A stretch of DNA of 62,948 nucleotides, counting the filler, from Sphacelaria rigidula (lineage: Eukaryota): assembly GCA_964200075.2 (NCBI GenBank). It is 5 parts of 5 records of this genome, joined end to end, with 100 filler letters (N's around TTAATTAATTAA, not from the genome) between each part and the next. Parts side by side here need not be neighbours in the genome. Positions count along the whole stretch, not along the records: positions 37,833 to 50,340 come from CAXNAA020003683.1; positions 50,441 to 62,948 come from CAXNAA020003684.1; 3 more parts are not named here. One strand, 5' to 3'. The notes under the pieces were generated by a model. That model was not told the origin of the DNA and searched no databases. It was given only the letters and a program-made list of their open reading frames with translations. The position numbers and the translations under genes are program-made. Numbering within the stretch: the first letter of the stretch is position 1; each line of letters starts with the position of its first letter. Positions 49,951-62,948 of this stretch are shown piece after piece.

Positions 49951-50340
49951 CATATGGAAAGTAGCTAATGCAGTGGCTGGGGTCTCTCAGTATGAGTGCC
50001 AGGAGATACCATGATGTCAGCCTCACCAAGCTCCCACGTGGGCAAACTCACATAGACCTAGCTATCCATCCTTGACTTATCACAAGTAGATTCATTCATG
50101 TTCAGACTCTTGATAAGGAACTCACGTGTTTGCTTAGCATCATGTTTTATCTACAAGCCTCCGTTACTCAGTACAGCCGCAGGGCAGCCATAGGAGCAGA
50201 GCGTAGTGATGGCCCAGGGTAGGGCTCTTCTACACAACACTCGTACAAAAGCATGAAGCGAAGAAAAAATAATCTCTCTCCCACACCTTTAAAAGGCGAG
50301 CATCGCTGCGATCCGACACATCATCAAACGTTCAATCCAC

Positions 50341-50440
50341 NNNNNNNNNNNNNNNNNNNNNNNNNNNNNNNNNNNNNNNNNNNNTTAATTAATTAANNNN
50401 NNNNNNNNNNNNNNNNNNNNNNNNNNNNNNNNNNNNNNNN
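50341..50440. other. Artificial contig linker
   Basis: N run with TTAATTAATTAA. Confidence 0.97.
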
Positions 50441-50442
50441 CC

Positions 50443-52126
50443 CCCGGTATTTACCGGGGTATCCCATACCGTGGTATGCGTAGGTATAGTAGGTATGAGT
50501 TTTGAAAATACTTGATTGAGCTGGTGCGGTAGGTATTGAAATCTCGAAATACCGTGGTATCTTACGTGTGGGTTTTGAAAATACCCGACCGAGCGGGTAC
50601 GGTAGGTATTGGTATTTCGAGATACCGTGGCATCTTAGGTATCGTGGGTATCGTAGGGTACGACATATGAAAATACCCGATTGGGCGGGTACGGTACGTA
50701 CTGGTATCTTGAAATACCGTGGTTCCGTAGGTATCGTAGGTACGAGTTCTGAAAATACCTGGTTGGATCGGAATCGGTAGGGTATGAGATGTCCCAAAAA
50801 CCAGAAGCGGGTACCTGCCTTACCCTCTCTACCGAATGTAAAACTGTCATCCGGCAGTGCGGAGAAGCGTTTCAGGGCGTCTCGACAAGAAAAAAACCCC
50901 CGGTGGCTGTGGAATTGATTCAAGCGAAAATCGCACATTTTTGTCGAGTCGGGTCCAATCGAAAGTTCAAGCTTTCGATCGAAAAAAGACGATGAAATTC
51001 GTGAAACGGCACATGGTCACTCGTGTACAGTACAGACATTCTGTACTGTCTGCACTGCTTGCAAGCAGCGTGTCTCGAGTGCGTGTGTGCGTGTTTCGTA
51101 CAGTAAGATTTCCAAGAGAAGCAGACAACGTGTAGTGCAGACAGCCCAGGACTACCAGTTCTCTCTGCTTACAACGCGACGTGAAAAGGACTTCAACAAC
51201 GTGCAGCTTTACTGCCTGAACTGTCAATGAGCGTGTACGCAACTCGGTTGCCCACCGTACCGAGCAGTTCCGTCGCTGATCCTACCATGCAAGAGACGCG
51301 CAAGTTTTCGCCAACAAAAAATAAACAAAGCATACCCAACTACTGCAGCGTATCTATCCCTGTGCTCAACTCGTACTCGATGCTGCAGGGTTGGGACGGC
51401 AGCTGAGAATGAGTTGGAGGGAGTAAGCATGGTTGTGTGAACGGGTGTTCTGGCGTCGTGGTCTGTAAGATAGGAGTCAAGTGCCGCTTCGTGTCTTTCG
51501 ACCGCATGTTTTCGATCGAAAAAGCTTAGCTTCTTTGTTTTGTAGTTTTTCTCCGCGCGCCACATTACAATTTGGAGTTGAAGCCTTCTAAGAACAGAAA
51601 TGCGGTGGACCTATCAGATCGAGAAAAAAAATCGACCGCACTTCAGACTACATAATAATGAGTTCATTCGAATTGATCCAAACACGCAAATCAGGGGAAA
51701 TCTGCGTATTCATCACTTGTAAACACAAGACGTACCTGGTCCGACAACTTCTGGCCTTTCCATAATAAGTTGGGACCAGCTGCTGCACCGTGGAGAGTGC
51801 ATCGCGTCTGGTATTACCGGGAATACCTCCGGTATTTACCGGGGTATCCCATACCGTGGTATGCGTAGGTATCGTAGGTATGGGTTTTGAAAATACCTGC
51901 TTGAGCGGGCACGGTAGGTATTGGTATTTCGAAATATCGTGGCATCGTAGGTATCATAGGTACAACATGTAAAAATATCCGATTGGGCGGGTACGGTAGG
52001 CATTGAAATCTCGAAATACCGTGGTATCGTAGGTATCGTAGGTATGACATTCGAAAATACCTGATTGAACCGGTATCGGTAGGGTATGAGATGTCCCAAA
52101 TACCGGTACCGGGTACCTACCTTACC
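50443..52126 (+). repeat. Two direct copies (50443-50824, 51829-52126) of a GGTATCGTAGGTAT/AAATACC-rich repeat
   Basis: Both begin CCGGTATTTACCGGGGTATCCCATACCGTGGTATGCGTAGGTAT and end GGTACCT.CCTTACC. Confidence 0.8.
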
Positions 52127-52611
52127 TACGGTGCCTGTGATATACTCGTATATTGGTCGTGCACTGCCGCAATATATATATTGATGGGACAAAATGTGTG
52201 CTATCCCACGGTGCGAATATATATTGGGCGGGCAATATGTATGCAGTCCCACGACACCAATATATGTTGGATGCGCAATACGTGTGCAGTCCAAGGGTAC
52301 CAAGGGATATTGCGCTGACAATATATCGCAATATCCCAAAATTACGACTGTACTCCGTATATTGGAAGAAAAATGTGTTGTCCAGGGTGTGAAATATTCC
52401 AGAAATTGAGAGTGTTGTTCAACTACGCCTTCGTTCGTGTGTCGCAGTCGGTTTGTTTCAGGGTGTCGGGTGCACACAGCAGGCATGGCTCAGGGATGAG
52501 ACAGTACTACGGCGATGGCCTCGACGCATGTACAGAGATGAACAAGCTGTAGCAGCAGGACACGCTCTTGTCGAACGTCCTCATCTATGAAACGAAGGTG
52601 AACATGTCACA

Positions 52612-52905
52612 CATCAAAGGGAGTGTTATTCAACGTGACCGCACCGGAGAGCTTGTGTATCTTTCCTGTACTTGATTCTATTACTGTTGTGTTACTACTG
52701 TACTGTACAGTACTGCTCTGCAATGGTACGGTAAACCTTTTCGAACACCATCCTCTGTGAAACTAAGGGAGCATGCCAAACATCAAAGGGGGTGTTAGTC
52801 AACGTGACCGTACCGCAGAGATTTGTGTATCCGTACTGTACTTCGTGTTGTTACTGCTATGGGACTCGTACCACTGTGCTGTACTGCTCTGTAGCGGAAC
52901 GGTGA
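52612..52905 (+). repeat. Local tandem duplication (~170-bp unit, two copies)
   Basis: CATCAAAGGG.GTGTTA.TCAACGTGACCG.ACCG.AGAG.TTGTGTATC occurs twice. Confidence 0.75.
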
Positions 52906-53428
52906 AAGCATGGGAAACAGGCCTCACCCGATGAAAAACGCCTTGCGAATGCTTTCAGGCCTTCACCATTTTGTCAGCAAAGCCAGGAGGCACTCACCGT
53001 AGGAAACGGTTGTCCTATAATAGCTAAAGAGCCATGTTGGGTCTTTGGGGTCAACCAGCTCTACAGTTGTTTGTTCAGACATGTTCAGCCAAGGAGGCGA
53101 TTCGGAGGTACACAGAACACACCGCGCACTTTGGGGGAGCAAACGCGTATTGCCGATTCATGAAAATTGTTGTCCTTCTAAACGCCAAAAACTTGACATC
53201 ACGCGGACGACAGGCTAAAACCCCTACCCACTCCACCCTCCCATTCTGTGCTGTGCGGTCCACAAATTCAGCGAACAAAAGAGAGGCAGTGCAGGAACAC
53301 GTGGCTCTCACTCGAGATGAAACTTTCAAACTGCAAGCGTCTTTCAAACTCGATATTCAAAAGGCTCCCCTACGACTCAACTACACCAGAATCGCACGCA
53401 ACATGTGCACGGAAGATGCCGTTCTTAC

Positions 53429-53941
53429 CTCGATAGGACATGTGATGGTCGTGGCAATCGAACCTGCAAGCCCGCCCGCAATGAAGCTGTTGTATCCATT
53501 GACTGTACCTCCCTCACGACTGCCACCTCCATTTGGTGATTGTGCTCGGGCATGGGCCATACCGTTCCCGTTGCTACCCCCAACTATCTCTGCTTTCACT
53601 TTTGCACAACCGCCGCCGCCGCTACCACCACCCTCACCACCAAATCGTTCTCTTAGCTTACGGATTGGGTCACCTATAACAAAAATTGCTGCCGCTACTC
53701 CTTTGTGAGTTGACAGCTGTTGCTGTTGCTGTTGCTGCTGCGGCTTGGTGGTACCTAAACCCAGGATATTAAACCCTCCGCCGCTCCTCGTCGCGAGAGC
53801 GAGGCAGGGTTGTCCTCGCGACAAGATAGACACCAGGCTCAACAAAACGAAACGCACACGAGAGATGAAATGCTTCGCGCTGCAGCAGTGATGCTGTTGT
53901 CGTCTGCGTTGGTCAACGCGAGTTGCTGTGCATGATAGCAT
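53429..53941 (-). CDS. First exon of a mitochondrial carrier family (SLC25) protein, Rim2/SLC25A33/36-like, with a long N-terminal extension
   Basis: Ends NSFIAGGLAGSIATTITCPIE|GTAAG, which is carrier helix 1 plus the start of the Px[DE]xx[KR] signature. The first in-frame ATG is at 53941; the frame stays open further upstream. Confidence 0.8.
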
Positions 53942-56155
53942 GCCAACGAAAGCACAGCAAAAGCCCGTGGTTGAGATTGTAGACTCAACTGGGAACCACC
54001 GACAGGCTAATCGCCGGGCGTCATGTACCAATTCTGAAAAGTTGAGATTAGAGTGGAAATATAAGGGTCATTTCTAATTCCGCTTTTTTTCGTTTTTCCC
54101 CTGAGCAAATTCGAAAATTTGGACATATTCGAGCCGCAGAAAAACTTCTCAACAACATGTGCACGATACGGTGGAAGCTCGTTGTGCGTCGACGTATTTC
54201 TATGATCATTGGAAGGTATCCCTAGGCTTTCTTGTTGGCGGGCAGAATGTAGTACTTATCGGCCGCGTACAATACATGCCCCCATGTCACGTGAAACGCG
54301 CAAATTAGGAAGTTAGAGACGTAATTTACGACGGGGTATACACCGTAATCGACGTGTGTATCAAGTGTGTACTCGTACATATCCTGACCGTTACATGATA
54401 ACGGTCGCCCGAACAACACTTTTTGACGAGAACTTTGTCATGTTTTGGCACGACGCTAGTACCCATATTACTGTACTAGGGTAAATCATGCAGTATCACT
54501 CTCGCAAATATTACCCCTGCGGTGATAACTCAAGGTTTCGTCCAACAACTTGTCGCCCGGGAAGTGGTACACAAGTAAAGCATTTCCATTTGTAGGTCAG
54601 TGGATCATATCGTTGGTATCCTTTGGAAGATGGCCACGCTACGCACTCGCGATTCCCACGAGCTGGGCGGCAACTTTTTCGACTATCAAGACGATGCGGT
54701 ATGCACGGTCGAGTTAATGTTGACAATGCTGCTGTGTGAAAGCGTTGCGAGCTTGTAGCCGTAAATCGCCTTTAGAGCAATCAATTATGTCCTGGTCATG
54801 TGTAAAACGTGTTGGGGGCCGTCGTTGGATCTTGCCCGCTGCTCACTCTCTGTTCAGTCGAGCTCCGCAAGAAAGTTGTGTTGCAGACAACAAGCTACAT
54901 ACATGACACGTACTGTACGCCTATGGCGGATTCCCCATGTGCACGTCCCTCGCGTTCGCGGTCTACAACATGGCATAGCGTACGTGGGTATAATGTACAA
55001 AGTGAGGCGCGAGACAATCTACGGTACAGGATTCAGTACCCGGGGTATACTACTGTTGTTTTACTGTAGTACGTGCGCATGGTTATAGTACCCCCCGAGC
55101 ATAAGCTGACCACCGCAGCAGCGCCCAAGAAGACACCGAGATGGACGTCCATCTGGGGGATTGATGTCTGATGTCCATTTGAGACATCCGTATACCCCAG
55201 ATGGACGTACACCTGGGATGTCGATTTCCATCTGGGATGTTCACCTAGAACATCCGTTTGGGATGTGGGTATCCCTCTAGGATATCCCAAATAAATGGAC
55301 GTCCACATTCCTGAGTGATGCCGCCGCAGCCGCCCCCCCAAACTAGCCCCAGAAATGTCACGAAGAAGAGGGTGATACAGCTCATGACAGCTGGTTTCAG
55401 GCTGCATGAAGCACTTCATATGGATGGGCATGATTGGCGAAAACGATCGCAGGCATGAAGTTCCCAGCTGCTCCATGTGCACGGTTCTTGTCTTTTTGAT
55501 TTACATGTAGATTTTACGGCCTCAAACCAGCCATTTTTCGGCGGGGGGGGGGGGGGGGGCGTACTCATTTATTTGTTGCTTTCCTTAGTCGTTTGTTTCA
55601 TTCAGCTATTTTTCTTCATTTCTTTCTATTTTTTCTTCTCCGCTCCTTTCCTTTCCCATCCTGCTTGGTTTTGTTTTTCTTTCGTTTGTTGTCGCCTCGG
55701 TTTCACAGTTTCACTCCTTTCCTTGTTTGTCCTATATTTTTGTTCTCCTCCACTATGTTTTTCTTCAGAGAGCGTTTCCATTTTGGATCCTTCGGTACAT
55801 CCATCTTGTGACCACGGCCGAGTCCCTCGGTTAATGTGGGATAATCAACCAATCAATAATGGTCAAACACAGAGAGGGATATCTACATCCCAGCTGGATA
55901 TCCCGGATGGGTATTCCAGGTAGAACTCCATATCCCAGATTAATAAGATTCTCTTGAGGGGCAAACTTACACCCAATTCGTATGTCGATGTGGAAATTCT
56001 CACAAAATCTGAGTTGTATACGCAGCACAATGTTTTGCGAGTATTCAGTAAATCAGAGCATAGGAGCCAGCACATGCGATTCTTGCCGATGCCAGTTACA
56101 TTTACATGTTGTCTTGCTGAACGTGTATCTCCGAACCGCAAACGGCAACGTGAAG

Positions 56156-56372
56156 GAAGCATATCTACGCGAAGCAGAGGTCGTCGATGCCTTAGTGAAG
56201 GGCGGTCAGCCTTACTTCAGCGATCCCGTTTTCCCCGCTTCCGGGGATAGCCTGTATCGCACGCCACAACAGCCCTCGGCGGGCACCATCCCACCCTCTT
56301 TGGTTGCCTGGGGTAGACTGTCTCGGCAAGAAGTTCGACGGTGCCACACTCCGTCAACGTTTCCTGCTGAAG
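56156..56372 (+). CDS. Calpain-like protein exon (start of the CysPc domain)
   Basis: YFSDPVFPASGDSLY...VAWGRLS matches the calpain FxDPxFP...WxR motif. Donor G|GTAAA, phase 1; the acceptor position is approximate. Confidence 0.8.
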
Positions 56373-57674
56373 GTAAAAACACCGATTGTTGACATATATT
56401 ATTGTCGACACACACGTGCATACGGAGAGCCCAGAAGATGAACGCCAAGACCATCCCATGGATACTCCGGCTGTAGAGAAAAAAATAAGCAGTAAACCCC
56501 ATGAACAACCCGGCCGTAGGTGACGAGAAATTTTTAACATACTGCACACAAGGGAATGAAGCAAGGCACATCCAATCGTTCAATGGATTGTATGCATTTT
56601 GTTTGAAAAAGGGGGATGATTCTGAACCATCCGACTGTTCTGATGACCTTGGCAGCCACGCATGCCTGCTACGTGCGGAAGCAATCACCCACGCCAGCTA
56701 GGTGCGGAAGCAGCAGAATGTGTCATAGATGGGTGGGGGTGAGAATCACTCACGGTTTTATAGTATCTTGCAACCTTTATCTGAGACATGGATGTCAATC
56801 TGGGATGTCAATCTGGGACGTTAATCTCCAACGAGGTCCCAAGTGGATATCCATATGGCAGACAGATATTCGAAACGATGTTCCAGATAAATATCCCAGA
56901 TAGATATTCATATCTCATATGGTGACCCCAAATAAATATGACAGCGAAGACGGGTATCCCATATGAATGCATTATCCCGCATGGAGGGTGCCTGATAGTG
57001 GATACCTCTCGAACCGCCGCAACCATCGCAATATTTTCATCCTCGGTAGAGCACCGACTGTAATGTGCATCGTGGTAAATTGCTCATGTTGTCGAAATAT
57101 CTACAGAGTATATTTTCCCCACAGGCAAACGAAGCACACGGTATCACTATTTTTGCGCTTCACACCTTTCTGCTGGAAGCGATCGTGTTCCATTGGTCCG
57201 AGTAGGGGGGATCTTTCGCGTGCCCGTTTTGCCTGACGACAATAGACTTATGCTGAGATGAATCATGAGTGCGTTGTGGAAAGTCGATATCAATCTGGCA
57301 CTTGGCGCTGGTGTTTCGGAACAGCTGAAGTACCACCTGTAGGTATATGAAACGTGATGGCTGTTGGGCCGAGATTTCATACTCTAGGGCGCCCCGAAAT
57401 AAAGACAGTTTGTACTACCAAAGGGGTAACGAAGACACGACATGAAGCTAACTCATCTGAAGTCTGATGGGTCGTAATTGGTGGGTATCCAGGGAGTATT
57501 GGCGGGGTGGTGCCGGAGTTTGAAGCACGTGACATGTTGTGCTGTTGTTGAGCCTGTTGCTGCGGTTGATGACTCAAGGCTGTTGGTAGTGTCAATCATG
57601 CCGTTACTCCTCCTGTCGTTGCTGTCATTGTCGTCGTCGTCATCGTCATCGTCCTCGTCCTCGTCGTGGCGTAG

Positions 57675-57803
57675 GCGACAAGCTCCTGCCTGTGGTACAG
57701 GGAGCCCTCGGTGATGCCTGGCTCGTCAGTGCTCTCAACATCCTCCTGTCTCACCCTGGTGTTTTGCGAAGATTAGTGGTATCCGACAAGCACAGAGACA
57801 AAG
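57675..57803 (+). CDS. Calpain-like protein exon, active-site region with Cys replaced by Ala
   Basis: TAG|GC GAC...: DKLLPVVQGALGDAWLVSALNILLSHPGVLRRLVV; in phase with the previous exon; GTAAG donor. Confidence 0.85.
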
Positions 57804-60800
57804 GTAAGACCATACAAGACAACAGGGGAAAACATCCAGGGAGAACACAACATCATAGCAATCGTCCCAGAGAAACTGGGTGTGGGGCTGAGATCGTGCC
57901 AGGCGACGAGGCAAATACCTGTAAGTATTATTCCCTTGCTTGTAACCTACTGGTTAAGTGTAAGAAGATTCGTATTTTCCTCCATGCATCATGTAAAGCT
58001 ACCATATCTACAATAGGACACGTTGTGCCTGTCTCAGGTATCTGATGAAGAACATGACATCTACTACATGAACGGGTCATCTGCCAACGTTTAAAAAAAG
58101 TGGTCTTAGACTGGAATAGTACTTGCAAGCGTTCGGGAATTGTTTTCAACTGGCGGAAGATATGCGTACGTTTCGATTTTTCTATAAAGTGACAAAATAC
58201 TCGCCAATACTAGGGGGAAGCTGTTCTTCGCTGGCAAAATGCCTGCCAACGTTTGGGAACACTATTCCAAGCGGCAAGGTATCTTCCAACGTTTGGAAAC
58301 GTTGCTCTGAAGTGGGAGATATCTATCAACGTTTCGGAAAGCTTTTCTGAACGGCAGACAACCTGAAAACCTTTGGGGGGAGTTGTTTCAAATTTACAGT
58401 TTTCTACGTACAGTATGGTGGACACACATGCCATGAAATGAATAAATATTCCACGCATGTATGTTGAGCACATGCGTTCTAGAGTGAACGTATGGTTCAT
58501 GCTCTGTTCTGTTGTAACCATGAACGGGCAAGGATTGGTCATATCTTCATGTTACAGTATCCGAGAGTCTCCAAGCGGCGTTGGCACAACCTCCCGCTCA
58601 TCAGGATACAATTAAGCACGGCCCACGTTTGTTGTGGTGTAGTGCCTTCGGATTCAGACTCGGCTCAATGAGCACATCGAGCACTTTCTACGACACAGCG
58701 TTGAGTTTGAAACAAACCGTTGAAGCACATACATGAACAGGACAGAGATACTCGCAGTACGTCCGGTTTTCTGAAGGCTGGATCACCGAGTGCACGGGCG
58801 GTAGCCTGAGAAGGCGAGACCTAAGACCTTGGCCTGCAGCTTTCAGTATTCTTTACCCCACACGTCGGCTGCTGTTGCTTGAGAAGGGTGGAATGATCGA
58901 GCGAGCAAGAGGACAGGGGGACTCACCACGGGGACAAACGATTCTAGATCCATACCCTCTACCACTTCATACCCCATTAGAACCAAGAAACATGTAGCAG
59001 CCGTACCATCATTCAATCACAAACCACACACCCACCGAAAGCGAATACCCATCAACCATCTGAAATTTCACACCACTTGAGGAAATTCGTCGGTGACATA
59101 CGCCAATGAATCATCCTTGAGACACAAACGCTAGTAACGATCAAAACCATAGGCCAAGGCATTGTACGTCAGTGCAATGGTATCTTCAACCGCGGTAGCG
59201 GTAAATGCAGAGGACCAAATGATCATTTGCCCGGTAGAAACTGATGAAAAAAAACACATCAATCACGCGTATGTGATTATTCTTATCCTGCAAGATTCGG
59301 ACCCCATATTCAACCATTTTTGCAAACATTCTCACCCTCGTCGCCTGGTCAGATGGTGCGATATCTGTTTCATGGACAATGACCAAGGATACTTCAACTA
59401 TTGCACTATAATACTATTACATCCAAAACCTCGAAGCAACAACCCGGTGTACTACTATAGTAACGATACGCCGCTATCGCCTCTCCTTAGCGTTCGAGTG
59501 ACGAAATCATATCCATTTAATGAACACTCTCCGCCCAGTGTGAACTCACCGAAAATCATTAACAATCGTAGACATTGCGTGGACCTGACCACTTGACCGC
59601 CGGAAGGTTGCCATGTGAGTCTGATGATACCGATCAATAGTTGGACACCCCTGCGGGGTCAAGACCGCAATGGAAAATCCAGATCCACCGGGGATATGGA
59701 CCTTTTCAGATGCACCTACATAACGGAGCAAAAACTCGTCTTCAAGTGTTCCCTCCCAAACAATTCCCAGGTTATTATTCTTGCCTATTATCGACGGCCA
59801 TTAACGTCAGCCATCAACCTTCAGAGTAACAACGAGATCACAATAGAGAATGAATGAACAACTTGAATTATCGTCGGCGTCAATCGTAGGGTGTCCAGCC
59901 GTTGTAACTATGATCCAGACTAAAGCCAACGCCGTCCTCGGCAGCTCGAAGCTACCACGCATCGTGTCTGTGTGTCCATGACGTTGAATATGGCCATAAT
60001 CCATCAGTACCGTAACACGGAGTTCAGGAGGGTTGCCACCCTCGCTAAAACCATTCAATCACAATCAACACAAAATTACTGATGAGAATAAATCGAAAGC
60101 TAGCAAATCGATGAAAAATGATTGCCTTTTTGTGGAAAATTAAACTCGTTACCGTTCAAGCCTTGGTCATGATGTCGGCGCGCTGGTCGGCTCACGTTAG
60201 GCGAACCCGAAGCGAACGCTCTTTCTCTCGTACAAGCTTCCGCGAATAGTGTTGGCGCACGTCAAGGTGGCTACTGATACCACTATCGAGCATTTTGTTT
60301 CACCAGCTGTATTATTGCTCCGTGATAACAGTCGGAGATGCGACCCCTCACTCGAACTGAATAAACACGACTGACCTCTCGTCAATAGCACACCTTCATG
60401 GCCAACTCCCCCAAAGCCATATTCTCTACCCCTGCTCCAGGCAGTGTTCTGTTGCACCGAATCCTACGAATGAGTGATCCTACGATAGGGAGGGGGGGCG
60501 TTTGATTACAGAAAAACCAGGGGCTCGAAGGGTGTTAGACGACCTGACACACGAGCGGTGCGCTTGTGTTTCAGAGAAAACGGCGCGGAGCAGTACTAAT
60601 GAGTATATGTTATCGGTACCAAGCGCAATCGAACACAAGTTGTTCGTTCCAATGACCATTTGAAGTGACATTTTGGTGGAAGACATAGCCCCAAATTTCC
60701 CCCCCCTTGTGAGGGTACACTAGGAGATAGATGGTGGCCAGAGACGGCGAAACAGGACGGGGATAAGATATGTGAAAGGTTCTTGTGTATTGTATGGAAG

Positions 60801-62850
60801 AAACGTAATGAGCGCCGGAATGTTGAAGGTGTCTCTATTAGGAGTAGGAACGGTGCTCCGTCTCGAAAGGGATGCGTGATCAATCGTCAAACGACTAAGG
60901 CAAGGAACAAATGAGTACGCACCCCCCCCTTGTGACGGTTGGGGTCGGTTGGCAACGACGCTGTACAACAAGCCACTCACTGCGTAAGCCAGGGAACCAG
61001 GTTACCGTTTGTTTTGTTCGTTTTCGTTTTTTCGCGGCACCAATGGTGACGGTTGAGCTAGATCATATTGTGCGGGGTGGAGAACCCAAACTCCGCGCAA
61101 AGAGAATGATCGTACTGCGTAGTGTTTCTATGGTGAGACCCCATGAGGCAGTGTGTATCCCGTGACGGTCTCTGGAGGGGACGATACCAAAAAGTGAAGC
61201 AGATAATTGGAGGGTGTAATCAGTCACGCTTCGGGCCGAACAATCTTAGCAGAATGCAGCTCACCTTTCATGTGGTTCGCCGAGCACACCACGGCGCTTC
61301 GCGCTTGGTGATTGAGTGCGAGCCTGGTCCGGCGAAAACCCGGCGTGCTCCGCTCCGGCTCGGTAAGGATGCAAGGTCAATAACCTTGTGACTACGGCAT
61401 GCAAGATCATGAGTACACCCCCATTTCGTAGAATGACTCAAATGCTGGCCACAAGCGCTCCACCGTACAGCACAGCCCCTCCCGACAGAGACTGTTTGTT
61501 CTCTGCCATGGTATAGTCGGCATCAGCGTGTGCCACTATATAGCGCATCCACAGGACTATAATCGCACGTGATCTCCAAATTGCGAAATTACCTGCAGCC
61601 AGTCTTCGAGGGTGTTGTCGTGACTGTTTCGAGACACTATTCGGACAGCATCCGCGATGTCTGGGTACGTGTTGATAGTCAACGATGCTGATCATCCCAC
61701 CACCTACCGATAAGGAGCGTCTTGACGCTGCTTCCACGTTACCTCTTCTGGCCGCCCCGGGTGTGAAGGATATGGGGGGTGGAGGCGGTGTGCGTGTTAC
61801 ATCGAAGCTGGCGACGGTTGAGTGATTTCGATTGTCGCACATGAATCCTTTTGGGACCGTTGATGGAAAAGTGACGATTTACGAAGTCCTATATGCGAGC
61901 TTTTCGTCACCGGGGAAACGTCACTTTGAGTTCGGTGCACGAACCTGTCACATAAGTATACTTGAAGTTAGAGTGGTGCACCGTTTCGGTGGGCTGCGTC
62001 ATCAACACTTGCAGAAAAGAAACCACATCCTGCCCCAAAAAACGTCAATTGTAAATCGTCACTTTTTCATCAACGCTTCCGAGAGGGTTAACTGATCCCC
62101 GAGGGACCCAGCCATGGTCATTATCCGCAAAGTAGATGTTCCTAAGGTGAACAAAACGGAAACACTTTCGGAGGGACATTTGTAGGAAATGTGTGTCAGA
62201 CAAATGCGGTTTGCAAAACCGATATTGGCCCCTTCTCCCGGCCCGCGTACTCGACTAGTGTGCCTAGATCCCTTGTGGGGAACATTATGGTTCAGGCCTG
62301 CTGCAAACACTGAGGAGACTGCCAACGCGTACGACGAGCGTGATCCCTACCTGTCTATTCCTCGTCAGCCTAAACAGATACGGTTCTGCCGAACACTGCT
62401 CGAAGCCGTCTCTTCTTCAGGTCTCGACATTTCCCTCCCTGCTTGTTTCACACAGTTGAGCAGTTTAGGCACTTTCACATCTGGGATGACAGGTGGCCGT
62501 ATTCTTCGGCTACACAAACCTTAAAACTTTACTCGTGCAACTTCGACTGAACAAAACCCTGTTCTACATCGAAGCAGAGTGTCTCCGTGTCCTTGGAGAG
62601 TGAGTGCTTGCACGGGCAAAAATCTACGGAATCTAGACGTTGCAGTTGCCGGGGTGGGGGAAATGCATCTTCGTGAGAACCCCATGCCACTTGGCTATAG
62701 CCGTTGCACACGAACCTAGGCAAGCTCGTCCTGATCGGTATCGCTGATCAAATACTCACGTGAAGCCAGTGACTTCGCGACCTGCCGGGAGCATCTTGTA
62801 CGAATCTGCATGCCTCGAGCATCCCCTTCATCTCGCTACTCATGGCCTTG

Positions 62851-62889
<39 letters not shown>

Positions 62890-62948
62890 CCTGGGGTCCG
62901 ACATGTTTGCGAAGATTCTCACAGCCTCTCTTTTACCACATACCAGCC

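Noticed and set aside
49950-50340. 3' LTR of Copia element 2
   Set aside because: No match to 44327-44615; the element is truncated within the end of RNase H.
52494-52598. Exon-like segment (MRQYYGDGLDACTEMNKL*QQDTLL...)
   Set aside because: In-frame stop and no identifiable family.
53034-53708. 224-aa + strand ORF
   Set aside because: Overlaps the carrier exon in antisense; its Pro-rich part mirrors the carrier's Gly codons.
58560-60460. Coding-like, possibly decayed TE or viral sequence
   Set aside because: No RT, transposase or viral motif could be read in any frame.
62832-62888. Long poly-C run
   Set aside because: A homopolymer near the contig end whose length is unreliable; no function can be inferred.

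Overview
Eukaryotic, repeat-rich DNA, most likely from a brown alga (Phaeophyceae). That assignment is an inference from the short GT-AG exons, the 0.5-2 kb repeat-filled introns and the repeat types. The window is not one locus. Four identical 100-bp linkers (N44-TTAATTAATTAA-N44) join five contigs of 12,512, 12,511, 12,509, 12,508 and 12,508 bp, which look like size-sorted unplaced contigs. Contig 1: a decayed Copia element (5' LTR, half-tRNA-type PBS, gag, RT remnants), six copies or pieces of a ~220-bp TGT...ACA inverted-repeat element carrying (CCCTAA)n telomere-like tracts (5-bp TSDs on two copies), other MITE/foldback elements, and two exons of a coiled-coil gene with a MIEAP-like C-terminus. 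Contig 2: an orphan tyrosinase-like exon and a decayed Gypsy element with a chromodomain-like integrase tail. Contig 3: eight in-phase internal exons of PRPF6. Contig 4: a telomere-like tract, a ~42-bp minisatellite and a second decayed Copia. Contig 5: the first exon of a Rim2/SLC25A33/36-like mitochondrial carrier with a long N-terminal extension, divergent from a calpain-like gene whose catalytic Cys codon is Ala. The best novelty candidate is the telomere-repeat-carrying mobile element family.
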